Positions 8,412 through 16,578 of a stretch of 25,580 nucleotides of DNA are shown here, in pieces (position 1 is the stretch's first letter; every line of letters begins with the position of its first letter). The stretch is from Spirochaetota bacterium (lineage in GTDB: Bacteria > Spirochaetota > Spirochaetia > Treponematales > Rectinemataceae). The stretch is taken from positions 1-25,580 of the forward strand of contig JAEZSM010000037.1 of NCBI GenBank assembly GCA_023421875.1, read 5' to 3'. The translations under genes and the position numbers were made by a program. Below the pieces are notes generated by a model. That model saw nothing but the letters and a program-made list of their open reading frames with translations, had not been told where the DNA came from and did no database searches.

Positions 8412-10591
8412 TGAAAAAGACCATTTCAGTGGCCTTGGCGGGCAATCCGAACGCAGGCAAGACCAGCCTTTTCAATGCCCTGACAGGCTCGCACCACAAG
8501 GTGGGCAACTATCCCGGCGTTACGGTGGAAAAGCTGGAGGGCTTTGCGGATCACGAACACCTGCGCTTTAAAATCGTCGACCTGCCGGGTATTTACAGCC
8601 TTACGGCCTACTCCCTGGACGAAGTGGTCGCCAGGGATTTTCTCCTGGAAGAAAAGCCCGATATCGTCGTGGATGTTCTCGACTCCACAAACCTGGAGCG
8701 AAACCTCTACCTCTGTCTCCAGTTCCAGGAACTGGGCATCCCTGTGGTCGGTGCGCTCAACATGACCGACGAAGCCGAGGCAAAGGGCATCAAGATAAAC
8801 GAGAGTCTCCTCTCCGAAAGCCTGGGCATTCCCTTCGTAAAAACCGTCGGCACCAGCGGCAAGGGGATCAAGGCGCTGCTGGACCAGTGCGCCGCCCTCC
8901 TCGATTCCCCTGCCTCCATCGACGACGAAAAGGATAAGACGGCCGTAGCAACCGAGAAAGCGCTCTCGAGGCTGAAGGCGCCCCATTACGGCGAGGAAAT
9001 CGAATCAAGGCTGCTGCCGCTGACAGAACTGCTGGTCAGCGATCAGGCTTTCAGCGCCCGGTATCCTGCCCGTTGGATCGCCATAAAACTGTTGGAAAAC
9101 GACGAAAACGCCATAAAAAAACTGCGGGAACACGCCAAGGGAGAAGAAATCCTCTCCAAGGCCGAGGCGGACAGGGCCTGGATCACCGGGCATTTCGGCA
9201 AGGATTCGGAGATCGTCATCACCGAACAGCGCTACGGTTACATACGCGGTGCCATACACGAAGCCCTGACCCGCAGCCCGGGCGGAAAGGCTTCGCTGAC
9301 CGAGTACATCGACCGTCTCACGATGAACCATTTTCTCGGGCTTCCCCTCTTTTTCTTGATAATCTGGGGAATTTTCAAGCTTACCTTCGCCCTGGGAGAA
9401 TTTCCGGCAGCCCTGCTCGAGACATTCTTCGGCTCCCTGTCTACCCTGGCACAGGCGCTGATCCCGGAAGGGTTTTTCCGTTCCCTGGTAGTCGACGGAA
9501 TCATCGGAGGCGTCGGGGGAGTATTTTCCTTCGTGCCCCTGATTGTGATCCTCTTTCTCTGCATTTCAATTCTTGAAGACACCGGGTACATGTCCAGGGC
9601 GGCTTTCCTCACCGACAAAGCCCTACACGCCTTCGGCCTCCACGGCCAATCCTTCATGCCCCTGATGCTCGGCTTCGGCTGCTCGGTTCCCGCCATCATG
9701 GCGACCAGAACCCTTAAAAGCCCCAGGGACAGGATTGCCACGATCCTGGCGGTGCCCTTCATGAGCTGCGGCGCCAAGCTTCCTGTCTATGTCCTGCTTG
9801 CAGGCACCTTTTTTCCAAAAAACGCCGACAACGTAGTGATGCTCATGTACTTAGGCGGCGTTGTCCTATCCATGTTTTCCACAATCGTGCTGAAGAAAAC
9901 CGTGCTTCGCGGGCCGAGCACAGCCTTTGTCATGGAGCTGCCGCCTTACCGGCTGCCCACCTGGAAGGGTGTATTCTGGCATGTTTGGGGAAAGACCCTG
10001 AGTTATATAAAAAAAGCCGGAACGATAATACTCCTGGCTTCCATAGCCATCTGGGCGATCACTACCTTCCCTCAGCCCCGGGACGAGGCGGCAAAGGCGC
10101 AAGTATTCGCGACGGCTTTTGCCGAAACCATGGCCGAAGCCTCCCAGGAAGAACGCGCCCAGTCGGTTGAACGGGCTTTGGAAGAATATCGGCTCGAATA
10201 CAGCGTCGCCGGGAGGATAGGAAAAATCATCGAGCCTGTCATGCGGCCTCTGGGCTTTAACTGGAAATTGGGCGTCGCCCTGGTACCCAGCTTCTCGGCC
10301 AAGGAACTCGTAGTTTCGACGCTGGGCATTCTCTACGGCGGCGGCGGCGAAGAAGGGGAGGAGAGTGAATCCCTGCGCCAAGCCCTCCAGCGCGATCCTG
10401 GCTTGAATCCTCTAACGGCGCTGACCTTCATGGTATTCATACTCATTATGCCCCCATGTCTTGCCAGTCTTGCGGCGATACGCTCCGAGGCGGGGGGCAG
10501 ATGGCTTTTGTTCCAGGTACTCTATTCGATGGCCTTAGCCTGGATCGTATCGTTTATTGTAAGGCTGATAGCCCTGCCCTTTTTGGGTTGA
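8411..10591 (+). CDS. feoB: Ferrous iron transport protein B
   Basis: GNPNAGKT, VGNYPGVTVE, DLPG, NMxD G-motifs; membrane gate motifs GFGCSVPA, PFMSC, MELPPY. Confidence 0.97.
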   Translation: MKKTISVALAGNPNAGKTSLFNALTGSHHKVGNYPGVTVEKLEGFADHEHLRFKIVDLPGIYSLTAYSLDEVVARDFLLEEKPDIVVDVLDSTNLERNLYLCLQFQELGIPVVGALNMTDEAEAKGIKINESLLSESLGIPFVKTVGTSGKGIKALLDQCAALLDSPASIDDEKDKTAVATEKALSRLKAPHYGEEIESRLLPLTELLVSDQAFSARYPARWIAIKLLENDENAIKKLREHAKGEEILSKAEADRAWITGHFGKDSEIVITEQRYGYIRGAIHEALTRSPGGKASLTEYIDRLTMNHFLGLPLFFLIIWGIFKLTFALGEFPAALLETFFGSLSTLAQALIPEGFFRSLVVDGIIGGVGGVFSFVPLIVILFLCISILEDTGYMSRAAFLTDKALHAFGLHGQSFMPLMLGFGCSVPAIMATRTLKSPRDRIATILAVPFMSCGAKLPVYVLLAGTFFPKNADNVVMLMYLGGVVLSMFSTIVLKKTVLRGPSTAFVMELPPYRLPTWKGVFWHVWGKTLSYIKKAGTIILLASIAIWAITTFPQPRDEAAKAQVFATAFAETMAEASQEERAQSVERALEEYRLEYSVAGRIGKIIEPVMRPLGFNWKLGVALVPSFSAKELVVSTLGILYGGGGEEGEESESLRQALQRDPGLNPLTALTFMVFILIMPPCLASLAAIRSEAGGRWLLFQVLYSMALAWIVSFIVRLIALPFLG

Positions 10592-11016
10592 GTCAGCCGC
10601 CCCACACCGGACTCTTCCTCTGCAGGCGAGCGGCCAGCCTGTTTTTCCGAACAGGCTTCGCAGAGGCCGGTCGCGTAGAGCGCGTGATGTCTGATCTGAA
10701 CCCCCGCATCGGCTTCCATTGATTTTAAAAGCGGACCGATTCTGCAAGCCCCCAGGTCCACAAAACGATGGCAGCGCTCGCAATGGAACCAGTGCCGATG
10801 GGGCGCCTCGCGGGATACATAGTACCGTTCCGTGCCATGGGCGCTGCAATGAAGCACGAACGACTCGGCAAAGCCTTTTTCTTCCAGATAATGGAGCGAG
10901 CGGTAGACCGTGGCGAGATCGCAGAGCCCCTCCAGGCCTTGACCCAGGTCCAGGGCGGAAAGCGGTTTTTCGGCCTTGTCGAGCAGCAGTTTTATCGCTT
11001 GTCGCGCTTTTGTCAT
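10522..11016 (-). CDS. Second Fur-family regulator, probably zinc-sensing (Zur-like)
   Basis: ATVYRSL, HRHWFHCERC, CEAC; last gene of the znu-like operon. The C-terminal tail overlaps the feoB 3' end by 70 bp. Confidence 0.85.
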   Translation of the reverse strand: MTKARQAIKLLLDKAEKPLSALDLGQGLEGLCDLATVYRSLHYLEEKGFAESFVLHCSAHGTERYYVSREAPHRHWFHCERCHRFVDLGACRIGPLLKSMEADAGVQIRHHALYATGLCEACSEKQAGRSPAEEESGVGRLTQPKKGRAISLTINDTIQAKAIE

Positions 11017-11088
11017 AGGCAGACTCTCGCCTTTCGCGTTTTTTGGCAGTGCCGCGCCCCGCCGCCCTTATGGCCAATTCTCATCGGC

Positions 11089-11928
11089 CTAGGCCCTGCG
11101 GCGCATCCGGAGGGCAGATACGGCCAGGAACACTGCCCCCGCAACCAGCACGACAACCGCTCCGGAAGGCAGGTCCAGCGCCCAGCTGACCGCCAGTCCG
11201 AGAATGGAAAAGACCAGGGAAAGGCCGCTTCCGATCAGCATCATGCCGCCCAGGTTTTTGGCGAAATACCCGGCGGTGCCAGCCGGAAGGGTGAGCATGG
11301 CGATGACCATGACAATGCCCACGAAGGTCTGGAGGACAACCACGGCGACGGCGGTGATGCCCAGAATGATCAGGAATACCGCATCCGTGGGCACGCCCCT
11401 GGTACGGGCGAACTCCTCGTCGAAGGCGGAAGCTTCCAGCTGGAAGTAGCCCCGCCAGGCCAAGAGAATGACAACCACATCCAGGATGGCCAGGAGGATG
11501 AGATCGCCCCGGGAGACCAGAAGAATGTTCCCGAAAAGGTAGCTCATGGGATCGGCGTATCCCGGGGTCTTGGCGATGAAGAGAATGCCCATACTCATGC
11601 CGATGGCCCATAGGGCGTTGATCACAGTGTCTTCCCGCTGTTTCGCCTTCAGCGAGACCAGACCGATGATCGCCGCCGCTATGACGGCGAAGACCAGGGC
11701 GCCGACAATAGGCGGCAGGCCGGGCAGGATGCCCTTGGCTGCCAGGTAGAGGGCCAGGCCGATGCCGCCCAGGACTGCGTGGGAAATCGCGCCCGCCAGG
11801 CCGGCGATGCGCTTTACAGTCACAACCGAACCCAGGACGCCGAAGAGAATGCTGGATAAGACGCCGGCCAACAGCGCGTTGCGCACGAAGGGCATGGAGG
11901 GATCGAAGAGGGCTTGGAAAAAACTCAT
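11089..11928 (-). CDS. znuB: Zn/Mn ABC transporter permease (ZnuB-like)
   Basis: AISHAVLGG, SYLFGNIL, FDEEFARTRGV. The start is set at ATG 11928 (MSFFQ), which overlaps the znuC stop as ATGA. Confidence 0.9.
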   Translation of the reverse strand: MSFFQALFDPSMPFVRNALLAGVLSSILFGVLGSVVTVKRIAGLAGAISHAVLGGIGLALYLAAKGILPGLPPIVGALVFAVIAAAIIGLVSLKAKQREDTVINALWAIGMSMGILFIAKTPGYADPMSYLFGNILLVSRGDLILLAILDVVVILLAWRGYFQLEASAFDEEFARTRGVPTDAVFLIILGITAVAVVVLQTFVGIVMVIAMLTLPAGTAGYFAKNLGGMMLIGSGLSLVFSILGLAVSWALDLPSGAVVVLVAGAVFLAVSALRMRRRA

Positions 11929-12755
11929 GGGGTTTTCCTCCCGGCGCGGGCCTTTCGGCCCTCGGTTACGCCGGCGCAGCATTCGTCGGGCAGATCCGTG
12001 TCGTGGAGCACCTGGAGGGCTGAGCCTCCATAGAGCCCCGCAGGTATGTGGTCCGCCGGTTTGGCGGCATGGCGGAGGACGCCGCCCGGCCTGCCCTCCC
12101 GCTGGCCGACGCAGAGCACCACGTCGGTGAGAGAGGAGACGAAGGCGGTGTCGTGGGTCGCGATGAGGACGGTGGTGCTCTGCTTCAGATTGCCCAAAAC
12201 GGTAAAAAGCCGCTCCTCGCTCTCGCTGTCCATGTTGGCCGTCGGCTCGTCCAGGATCAGAAGCTTGGGGGCGCTGGCCAAGGCCCGGGCTACCATGACA
12301 CGGCGGCGCTGGCCGCCGGAGAGGGCCTTGTAAGGTCTGGCACGCAGATCCGCGACGTCGGCGAGCTCCAGCGCCGTCTCCAGCTCGGGGCAGGAGGCGC
12401 TCAGGCTGCGCGTGGAGTCGCAGTTTCTTGACAGCCCCTCCAACCTGCCCATTTTGACCACCTCCTCCACCGAAATAGGGAAGGCGGGATCATAATTCAT
12501 GTACTGGGGGACATAGCCCACCAGCCCCCTGGCCCTTTCGGGGCTTTTCCCGAAAATCGAGACCTTGCCCGAATCGGGTTTCGCCAATCCCATGATCAGC
12601 CGCAGGATTGTCGTCTTGCCCGAGCCGTTGGAGCCGATCAGGGCGACAAACTCACCCTGATGGACGTGAAAGGAGCTTTCGCTCAAGACCTCGAGGTTGG
12701 CGTAGGAATAATTGACCGCGGAAAACACCACGGCGATCGTCGGATGATTATCCAT
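11925..12755 (-). CDS. znuC: Zn/Mn ABC transporter ATP-binding protein (ZnuC-like)
   Basis: GSNGSGKT, GYVPQ, LSGGQRRR, LDEPT, THD. Confidence 0.92.
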   Translation of the reverse strand: MDNHPTIAVVFSAVNYSYANLEVLSESSFHVHQGEFVALIGSNGSGKTTILRLIMGLAKPDSGKVSIFGKSPERARGLVGYVPQYMNYDPAFPISVEEVVKMGRLEGLSRNCDSTRSLSASCPELETALELADVADLRARPYKALSGGQRRRVMVARALASAPKLLILDEPTANMDSESEERLFTVLGNLKQSTTVLIATHDTAFVSSLTDVVLCVGQREGRPGGVLRHAAKPADHIPAGLYGGSALQVLHDTDLPDECCAGVTEGRKARAGRKTP

Positions 12756-12769
12756 TGCGGCTCCTTTGC

Positions 12770-13723
12770 CTAAGGTCTAAAGGCATTCTTGAGGGCGTTG
12801 CCCATAACTCTGGTGTTATCGAGCCAGGCGGGAGCCAGGGGGTCGATTTCGGCCACGATGCCGCCGATAGCCGAGGCGATGGTCCTGGCTGCGGCGCTGG
12901 AGAATTGTTTTTGCACAAAGACTGTCCTGACCCCTTCAAGCTTCGCTCTGTTGATCAAGGCCGCCAGAGTTTTCTGGGTCGGCTCCTTGCCTCCCAGCTC
13001 TACCGCCTCCTGCCGTATGCCGAAGGAATCCAGGAAGTAGCCGAAGGAAGGGTGGTATACCAGGACGCTGCTTCCCTTCAGCGGCGCTAGATCCCGTTCC
13101 AATTCGGCGTATACCCGATCGATTTGAGCGATATAGGAATGGTAATTACCCTCAAACAGGGCCTTCCGTTCCGGTACAAGGGCCGAAAGGGCTTTGAGGA
13201 TCGAGGAAAGCTGGATTTTTACCGCGTCGAAGCCCAGCCAGACATGTGGATCCAGGCCTCCTTCTTCGTGCCCATGGGCTTCTTCTCCGTCCTCGTGAGC
13301 ATCGCCATCGGAGCCGCCTTCTGCTTCCCCATGCTCATCGTCGGACTCCAGCCGCCTGTACCTGACCCCTTCGGCGCTGTTCACGATCTCCAAGTCCGGA
13401 TACAGGGCCTTTATTTTTGGCAAAAGTGCTGTCTCGAATTCGACGCCGATGGTGAACCACAGCGAGGCGCGGCTCAAGTCGGCCATCTGCCGGGGACTCG
13501 GTTCGTAGTTATGCGGCGAGGCTCCCGGTCCCACGAGACTTATCACCTTGACCGCCTCTCCGGCGATGGTAGAAACAAATTCGGTCTGGGGCAAAATGCT
13601 CACCGCCACAGTGGGAACCTGAGGGGCGGCAAAAAGGCCCGGAAGCACCAGCGACGCGAACAAGACAGTTATCATGGCGACTTTCATGCTCCCCTGGGGA
13701 TGCTTTCTCAATCGATAATTCAT
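12770..13723 (-). CDS. znuA: Zinc ABC substrate-binding protein (ZnuA/AdcA, cluster A-I)
   Basis: SPHNYEP, His/acidic loop (EHGE...AHED...AHGHEE), DPHVWL, YHPSFGYF. Start moved from the track's 13831 to ATG 13723 (GGAGA SD), because the longer ORF would run through the operator. Confidence 0.9.
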   Translation of the reverse strand: MNYRLRKHPQGSMKVAMITVLFASLVLPGLFAAPQVPTVAVSILPQTEFVSTIAGEAVKVISLVGPGASPHNYEPSPRQMADLSRASLWFTIGVEFETALLPKIKALYPDLEIVNSAEGVRYRRLESDDEHGEAEGGSDGDAHEDGEEAHGHEEGGLDPHVWLGFDAVKIQLSSILKALSALVPERKALFEGNYHSYIAQIDRVYAELERDLAPLKGSSVLVYHPSFGYFLDSFGIRQEAVELGGKEPTQKTLAALINRAKLEGVRTVFVQKQFSSAAARTIASAIGGIVAEIDPLAPAWLDNTRVMGNALKNAFRP

Positions 13724-13739
13724 CGAGTTCTCCAGAATA

Positions 13740-13756
13740 TTGCGAATGATTCGCAA
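13740..13756. promoter_or_regulatory. Putative Zur operator (Fur-family 8-1-8 palindrome)
   Basis: Perfect inverted repeat TTGCGAAT-G-ATTCGCAA 16 nt upstream of znuA, next to an AT-rich -10-like stretch. Confidence 0.75.
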
Positions 13757-13817
13757 AAAATATACTAAAACAATAACGGCAAAGGAAGTGGTTTGAGCTG
13801 GAAGTTGCGCTTTAATA

Positions 13818-13841
13818 CCGCCGGAAGACAAATTCCGGCGG
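13818..13841 (-). terminator. Hairpin after the GGDEF/8-TM operon (probable terminator)
   Basis: 9-bp perfect stem CCGCCGGAA/TTCCGGCGG with a 6-nt loop, about 30 nt after the stop at 13871; weak U-tract (TATT). Confidence 0.5.
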
Positions 13842-13870
13842 CAATTGCAGGGGAAAAAGGAGTGCGCGTA

Positions 13871-14662
13871 TCAGCAAAATCTGATCGATATCTTTCCCAG
13901 TACCAGAATAAAGCCGAAAGCACCTGCGAAAGAAATGAGGGTTCCAAGCCAGGGCCCCAGGGGAGGGAAGAAAAGGGAAACCAGTGCAGCATAGACGATT
14001 ATATTCGTGGAGGAGAGCAGAAGGATCTTTCCGGTGGCCTGGGCGAAGAGGGTTCCCTGGCTGAGGCTGATGATGACCATGGTAGAAGTAAGGGCGGCCG
14101 GAAAGGTAGCCAGTACTCCAGTCATATAGGGCGGGGCTACCTGAGCTATGGCAACGGCGCCGGCGACAACGCTTCCGGCAAAGAATGCCCGGATGGCGAT
14201 GATCTTCCAGGAGAGCGCTACGGGCTTTTTTTCCACCTTAGGTCTTCCCAGCCAACGGTGGACGAGGATAAAAAGTCCGGTGGAGACGATAAAATAGGCC
14301 GCCAGAGAAGCCAGAATTCCCATGGGCGGCAGGAGTACGATCACAACAAAGGCAGAGAGGGCCCAAAAGACAAGTCCCAGGGAGAGGGCGACCCAGACGC
14401 CTTTTTTCAGCAAGACTATGAAAACAGCCAGAAAGACACTGTCCACCATCATGCCCATGGGAACCCCGGCCGTGGCTGCGGCCGCGTATTCGGGGCCCCT
14501 GGTTATGCCCATGAAAAGCATGGAAATGAGGATGTTGGACGGCAGGTTCGCTATGAGACCAGCCTTATGGCTGCCCAGACGTTCGCCCAGGACGGTCGCC
14601 AAGGCTATCCAGAAACCAGCGACGAAGAAGGAAAGCGCTATCCGCATAAGGACAGGATTCAT
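13871..14662 (-). CDS. Uncharacterised approx. 8-TM membrane protein with internal duplication (DUF3147-like)
   Basis: 263 aa hydrophobic; repeated halves 'GLIANLP...' and 'GVLATFP...'; ATGA overlap with the upstream gene. Confidence 0.7.
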   Translation of the reverse strand: MNPVLMRIALSFFVAGFWIALATVLGERLGSHKAGLIANLPSNILISMLFMGITRGPEYAAAATAGVPMGMMVDSVFLAVFIVLLKKGVWVALSLGLVFWALSAFVVIVLLPPMGILASLAAYFIVSTGLFILVHRWLGRPKVEKKPVALSWKIIAIRAFFAGSVVAGAVAIAQVAPPYMTGVLATFPAALTSTMVIISLSQGTLFAQATGKILLLSSTNIIVYAALVSLFFPPLGPWLGTLISFAGAFGFILVLGKISIRFC

Positions 14663-16470
14663 GCAACACTCCTAAGGCACAGGCTGCGGTTCTTTCCTTG
14701 AGACTTAGCCTCATGAACAGCCCTATCGCTACGATCCAGCAGGGAATCCCGGCTGTCGTCCTTGCCCAGCTCGGCAACGCCGATGCTTACGGTAATCGGC
14801 AAGGATTCGCCAGTATGCCCTCGGGAGCCCTCGGTGTTAAAGCCCTCCTGCGCGAACCGTTTTCTGATCCGCTCCGCCGCGTTGAACGCTGCATCGACCC
14901 CCGTGTTTGGCAGAATCACCGCAAGCCTGTCCCCTCCCAGGCTGCATACCCGATCGGTCTCCCTGGTGCTCGCCTTCGCGATGGAAGCAAGACTTACCAG
15001 TACATCTTCGGGCTTCAACTCTCCCAGCGAGTCGTTCAGGCTCCTGAAATTATCCACATCGATTAATAGCAGGGAAAGCTGCGTTCTGTTCTGTCTCGTC
15101 TTTTCCAGAAGATCGTCCAGCTCGGTCATGAAAAAACGCCTGTTGGGAAGCCCCGTGCCTTCGTCGGTCAGACTGAGAGCTTCGTACTGGGCTTGCATTT
15201 TATCCAGTCGTTCTGATTCGCCTTCCAGGCATCTGAACCGATCGGAGAGCGCCACCGACAGAAGCACCGACTGCAGTGCCACGCCGATCGCGCTGGAATT
15301 GATCGTTAAATAATTCACCGGAAGCACTTTCAGTCCCATGAGCGCAAACGCGAGTCCTCCGATTCCCAAAAAAATCCAGGCGATGAAAAAGTACAGCGAT
15401 GAGGGAAAGCCTTGTATGAGTCGGATAAGCGCGGTGACCGTTCCGAGGATCGGAAGAATGATCCCCAGGTAATGGGAGAGAGAAAAAGCGATGTCGTACC
15501 ATTTGAGCAGGCCGGCGATGGAAACCACAGCCCCGAGGGCTCCCAGGGAAAGAACCAGGCGGTTCAGGGCGGCGAGACCGTCCTTGAGCCTGAGAAAATG
15601 GGCGACGAAGACGGAGCCCCAGAGGAGCATAAGCCCCACCCAGAACCAGAGCATGACCTGGTGGGTGCCTGGATTCTGGCCGAAAAGGGCCTTGGCGTAT
15701 CCATGGAGAAAGAAGAGCCAGAGTCCGGCGGAGATTATGTACAGGGAGTAAAAGAGGTAGCTCTTATCCTTGAGGGAAAAGAACAGCGCCAGACTGTACA
15801 GGAGCATCGCCGCCAGTACTCCGAAAAGAATCCCGTACAGCAGAAAATCCCTCTTGTCCTGCACCCCTCTTGCCAGGCTAGTCTCGAGAAAGGCCTCAAC
15901 CTTAACATCGGTGGCAGAGGAGAGCCTGAGGTAGCAGTACTCGTCCCCATAGGCCGCCGGAGGAAGCTGAAAGACAAAGTATCGAGAAGTGGCTTCTCCG
16001 GGAAAAGCCTTTCGCAGTGCGCCGGTGGAAAAACCGGCGAAGCCGCCCTCCTCGTTGGGGACATAGAAATCGACATAGTCGAGAATGATCGAGAAGCTCG
16101 GTTTCACGACCAAAAGCCACTCGGTACGGGGACTGCTCGATGCGGCCAGGCTTTTTTCCCCCTCCCCTGTCTGTGCCCAGCCCCGCCGCAGCGCCTCGGG
16201 AATCTTGAACCTGAGCCAGGCCACGGGTCGCTTAGCCCCAACCGAGAACACCTGCCCTTCGGCGGAGGAAAAAAGCGGGGCGCTGCCCTCGCCTGCAAGT
16301 TCTTCCACGGTGAGTGAAGGGTCGGCATCGGCATAGAGTTCGGCAAAGGCCTGCAACGGAATGCTGCCGATAGTTTCCGGTACTGCCGTTTCTTGCGACA
16401 CGCCGGCTTGGGCGAAGGAAGCGAGACAAAAAGCCGCTAAGAGAGTGACTGCGATAGCCGTACTTTTCAT
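14659..16470 (-). CDS. 7TMR-DISM sensor with C-terminal GGDEF domain (degenerate GGDRL)
   Basis: Signal peptide, periplasmic DISMED2-like region (AWLRF, LDYVDFY, YLRL), about 7 TM segments, then DxxTGLPNRR, DVDNF, RETD, GGDRL, SIGVA, AKSQGKN. Confidence 0.88.
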   Translation of the reverse strand: MKSTAIAVTLLAAFCLASFAQAGVSQETAVPETIGSIPLQAFAELYADADPSLTVEELAGEGSAPLFSSAEGQVFSVGAKRPVAWLRFKIPEALRRGWAQTGEGEKSLAASSSPRTEWLLVVKPSFSIILDYVDFYVPNEEGGFAGFSTGALRKAFPGEATSRYFVFQLPPAAYGDEYCYLRLSSATDVKVEAFLETSLARGVQDKRDFLLYGILFGVLAAMLLYSLALFFSLKDKSYLFYSLYIISAGLWLFFLHGYAKALFGQNPGTHQVMLWFWVGLMLLWGSVFVAHFLRLKDGLAALNRLVLSLGALGAVVSIAGLLKWYDIAFSLSHYLGIILPILGTVTALIRLIQGFPSSLYFFIAWIFLGIGGLAFALMGLKVLPVNYLTINSSAIGVALQSVLLSVALSDRFRCLEGESERLDKMQAQYEALSLTDEGTGLPNRRFFMTELDDLLEKTRQNRTQLSLLLIDVDNFRSLNDSLGELKPEDVLVSLASIAKASTRETDRVCSLGGDRLAVILPNTGVDAAFNAAERIRKRFAQEGFNTEGSRGHTGESLPITVSIGVAELGKDDSRDSLLDRSDRAVHEAKSQGKNRSLCLRSVA

Positions 16471-16481
16471 AATCGCCGATC

Positions 16482-16490
16482 AGTATAACA
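16482..16490 (-). promoter_or_regulatory. Extended -10 promoter of the GGDEF gene
   Basis: TGTTATACT (TG-n-TATACT) 11 nt upstream of ATG 16470. Confidence 0.5.
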
Positions 16491-16578
16491 AAATCCCGTC
16501 ATTGAAGGAATCATTAGTTCCTCGAAGCTTGTTGCGGAAGAGGTCGCCCGAAACGAAGTTCTATAGTATAGTGATACC

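Noticed and set aside
13724..13831. N-terminal extension of znuA given by the ORF track
   Set aside because: It runs through the operator and the upstream hairpin; ATG 13723 has an SD and gives a plausible signal peptide.
13793..14701. 302-aa plus-strand ORF
   Set aside because: Antisense shadow of the hydrophobic 8-TM gene; hydrophilic, biased composition, no motifs or SD.
15412..16317. 301-aa plus-strand ORF, and similar long antisense ORFs at 4311, 10768, 18881, 20969, 22082 and 23798
   Set aside because: All lie opposite well-supported genes; expected from GC-rich codon bias and lack recognisable domains.
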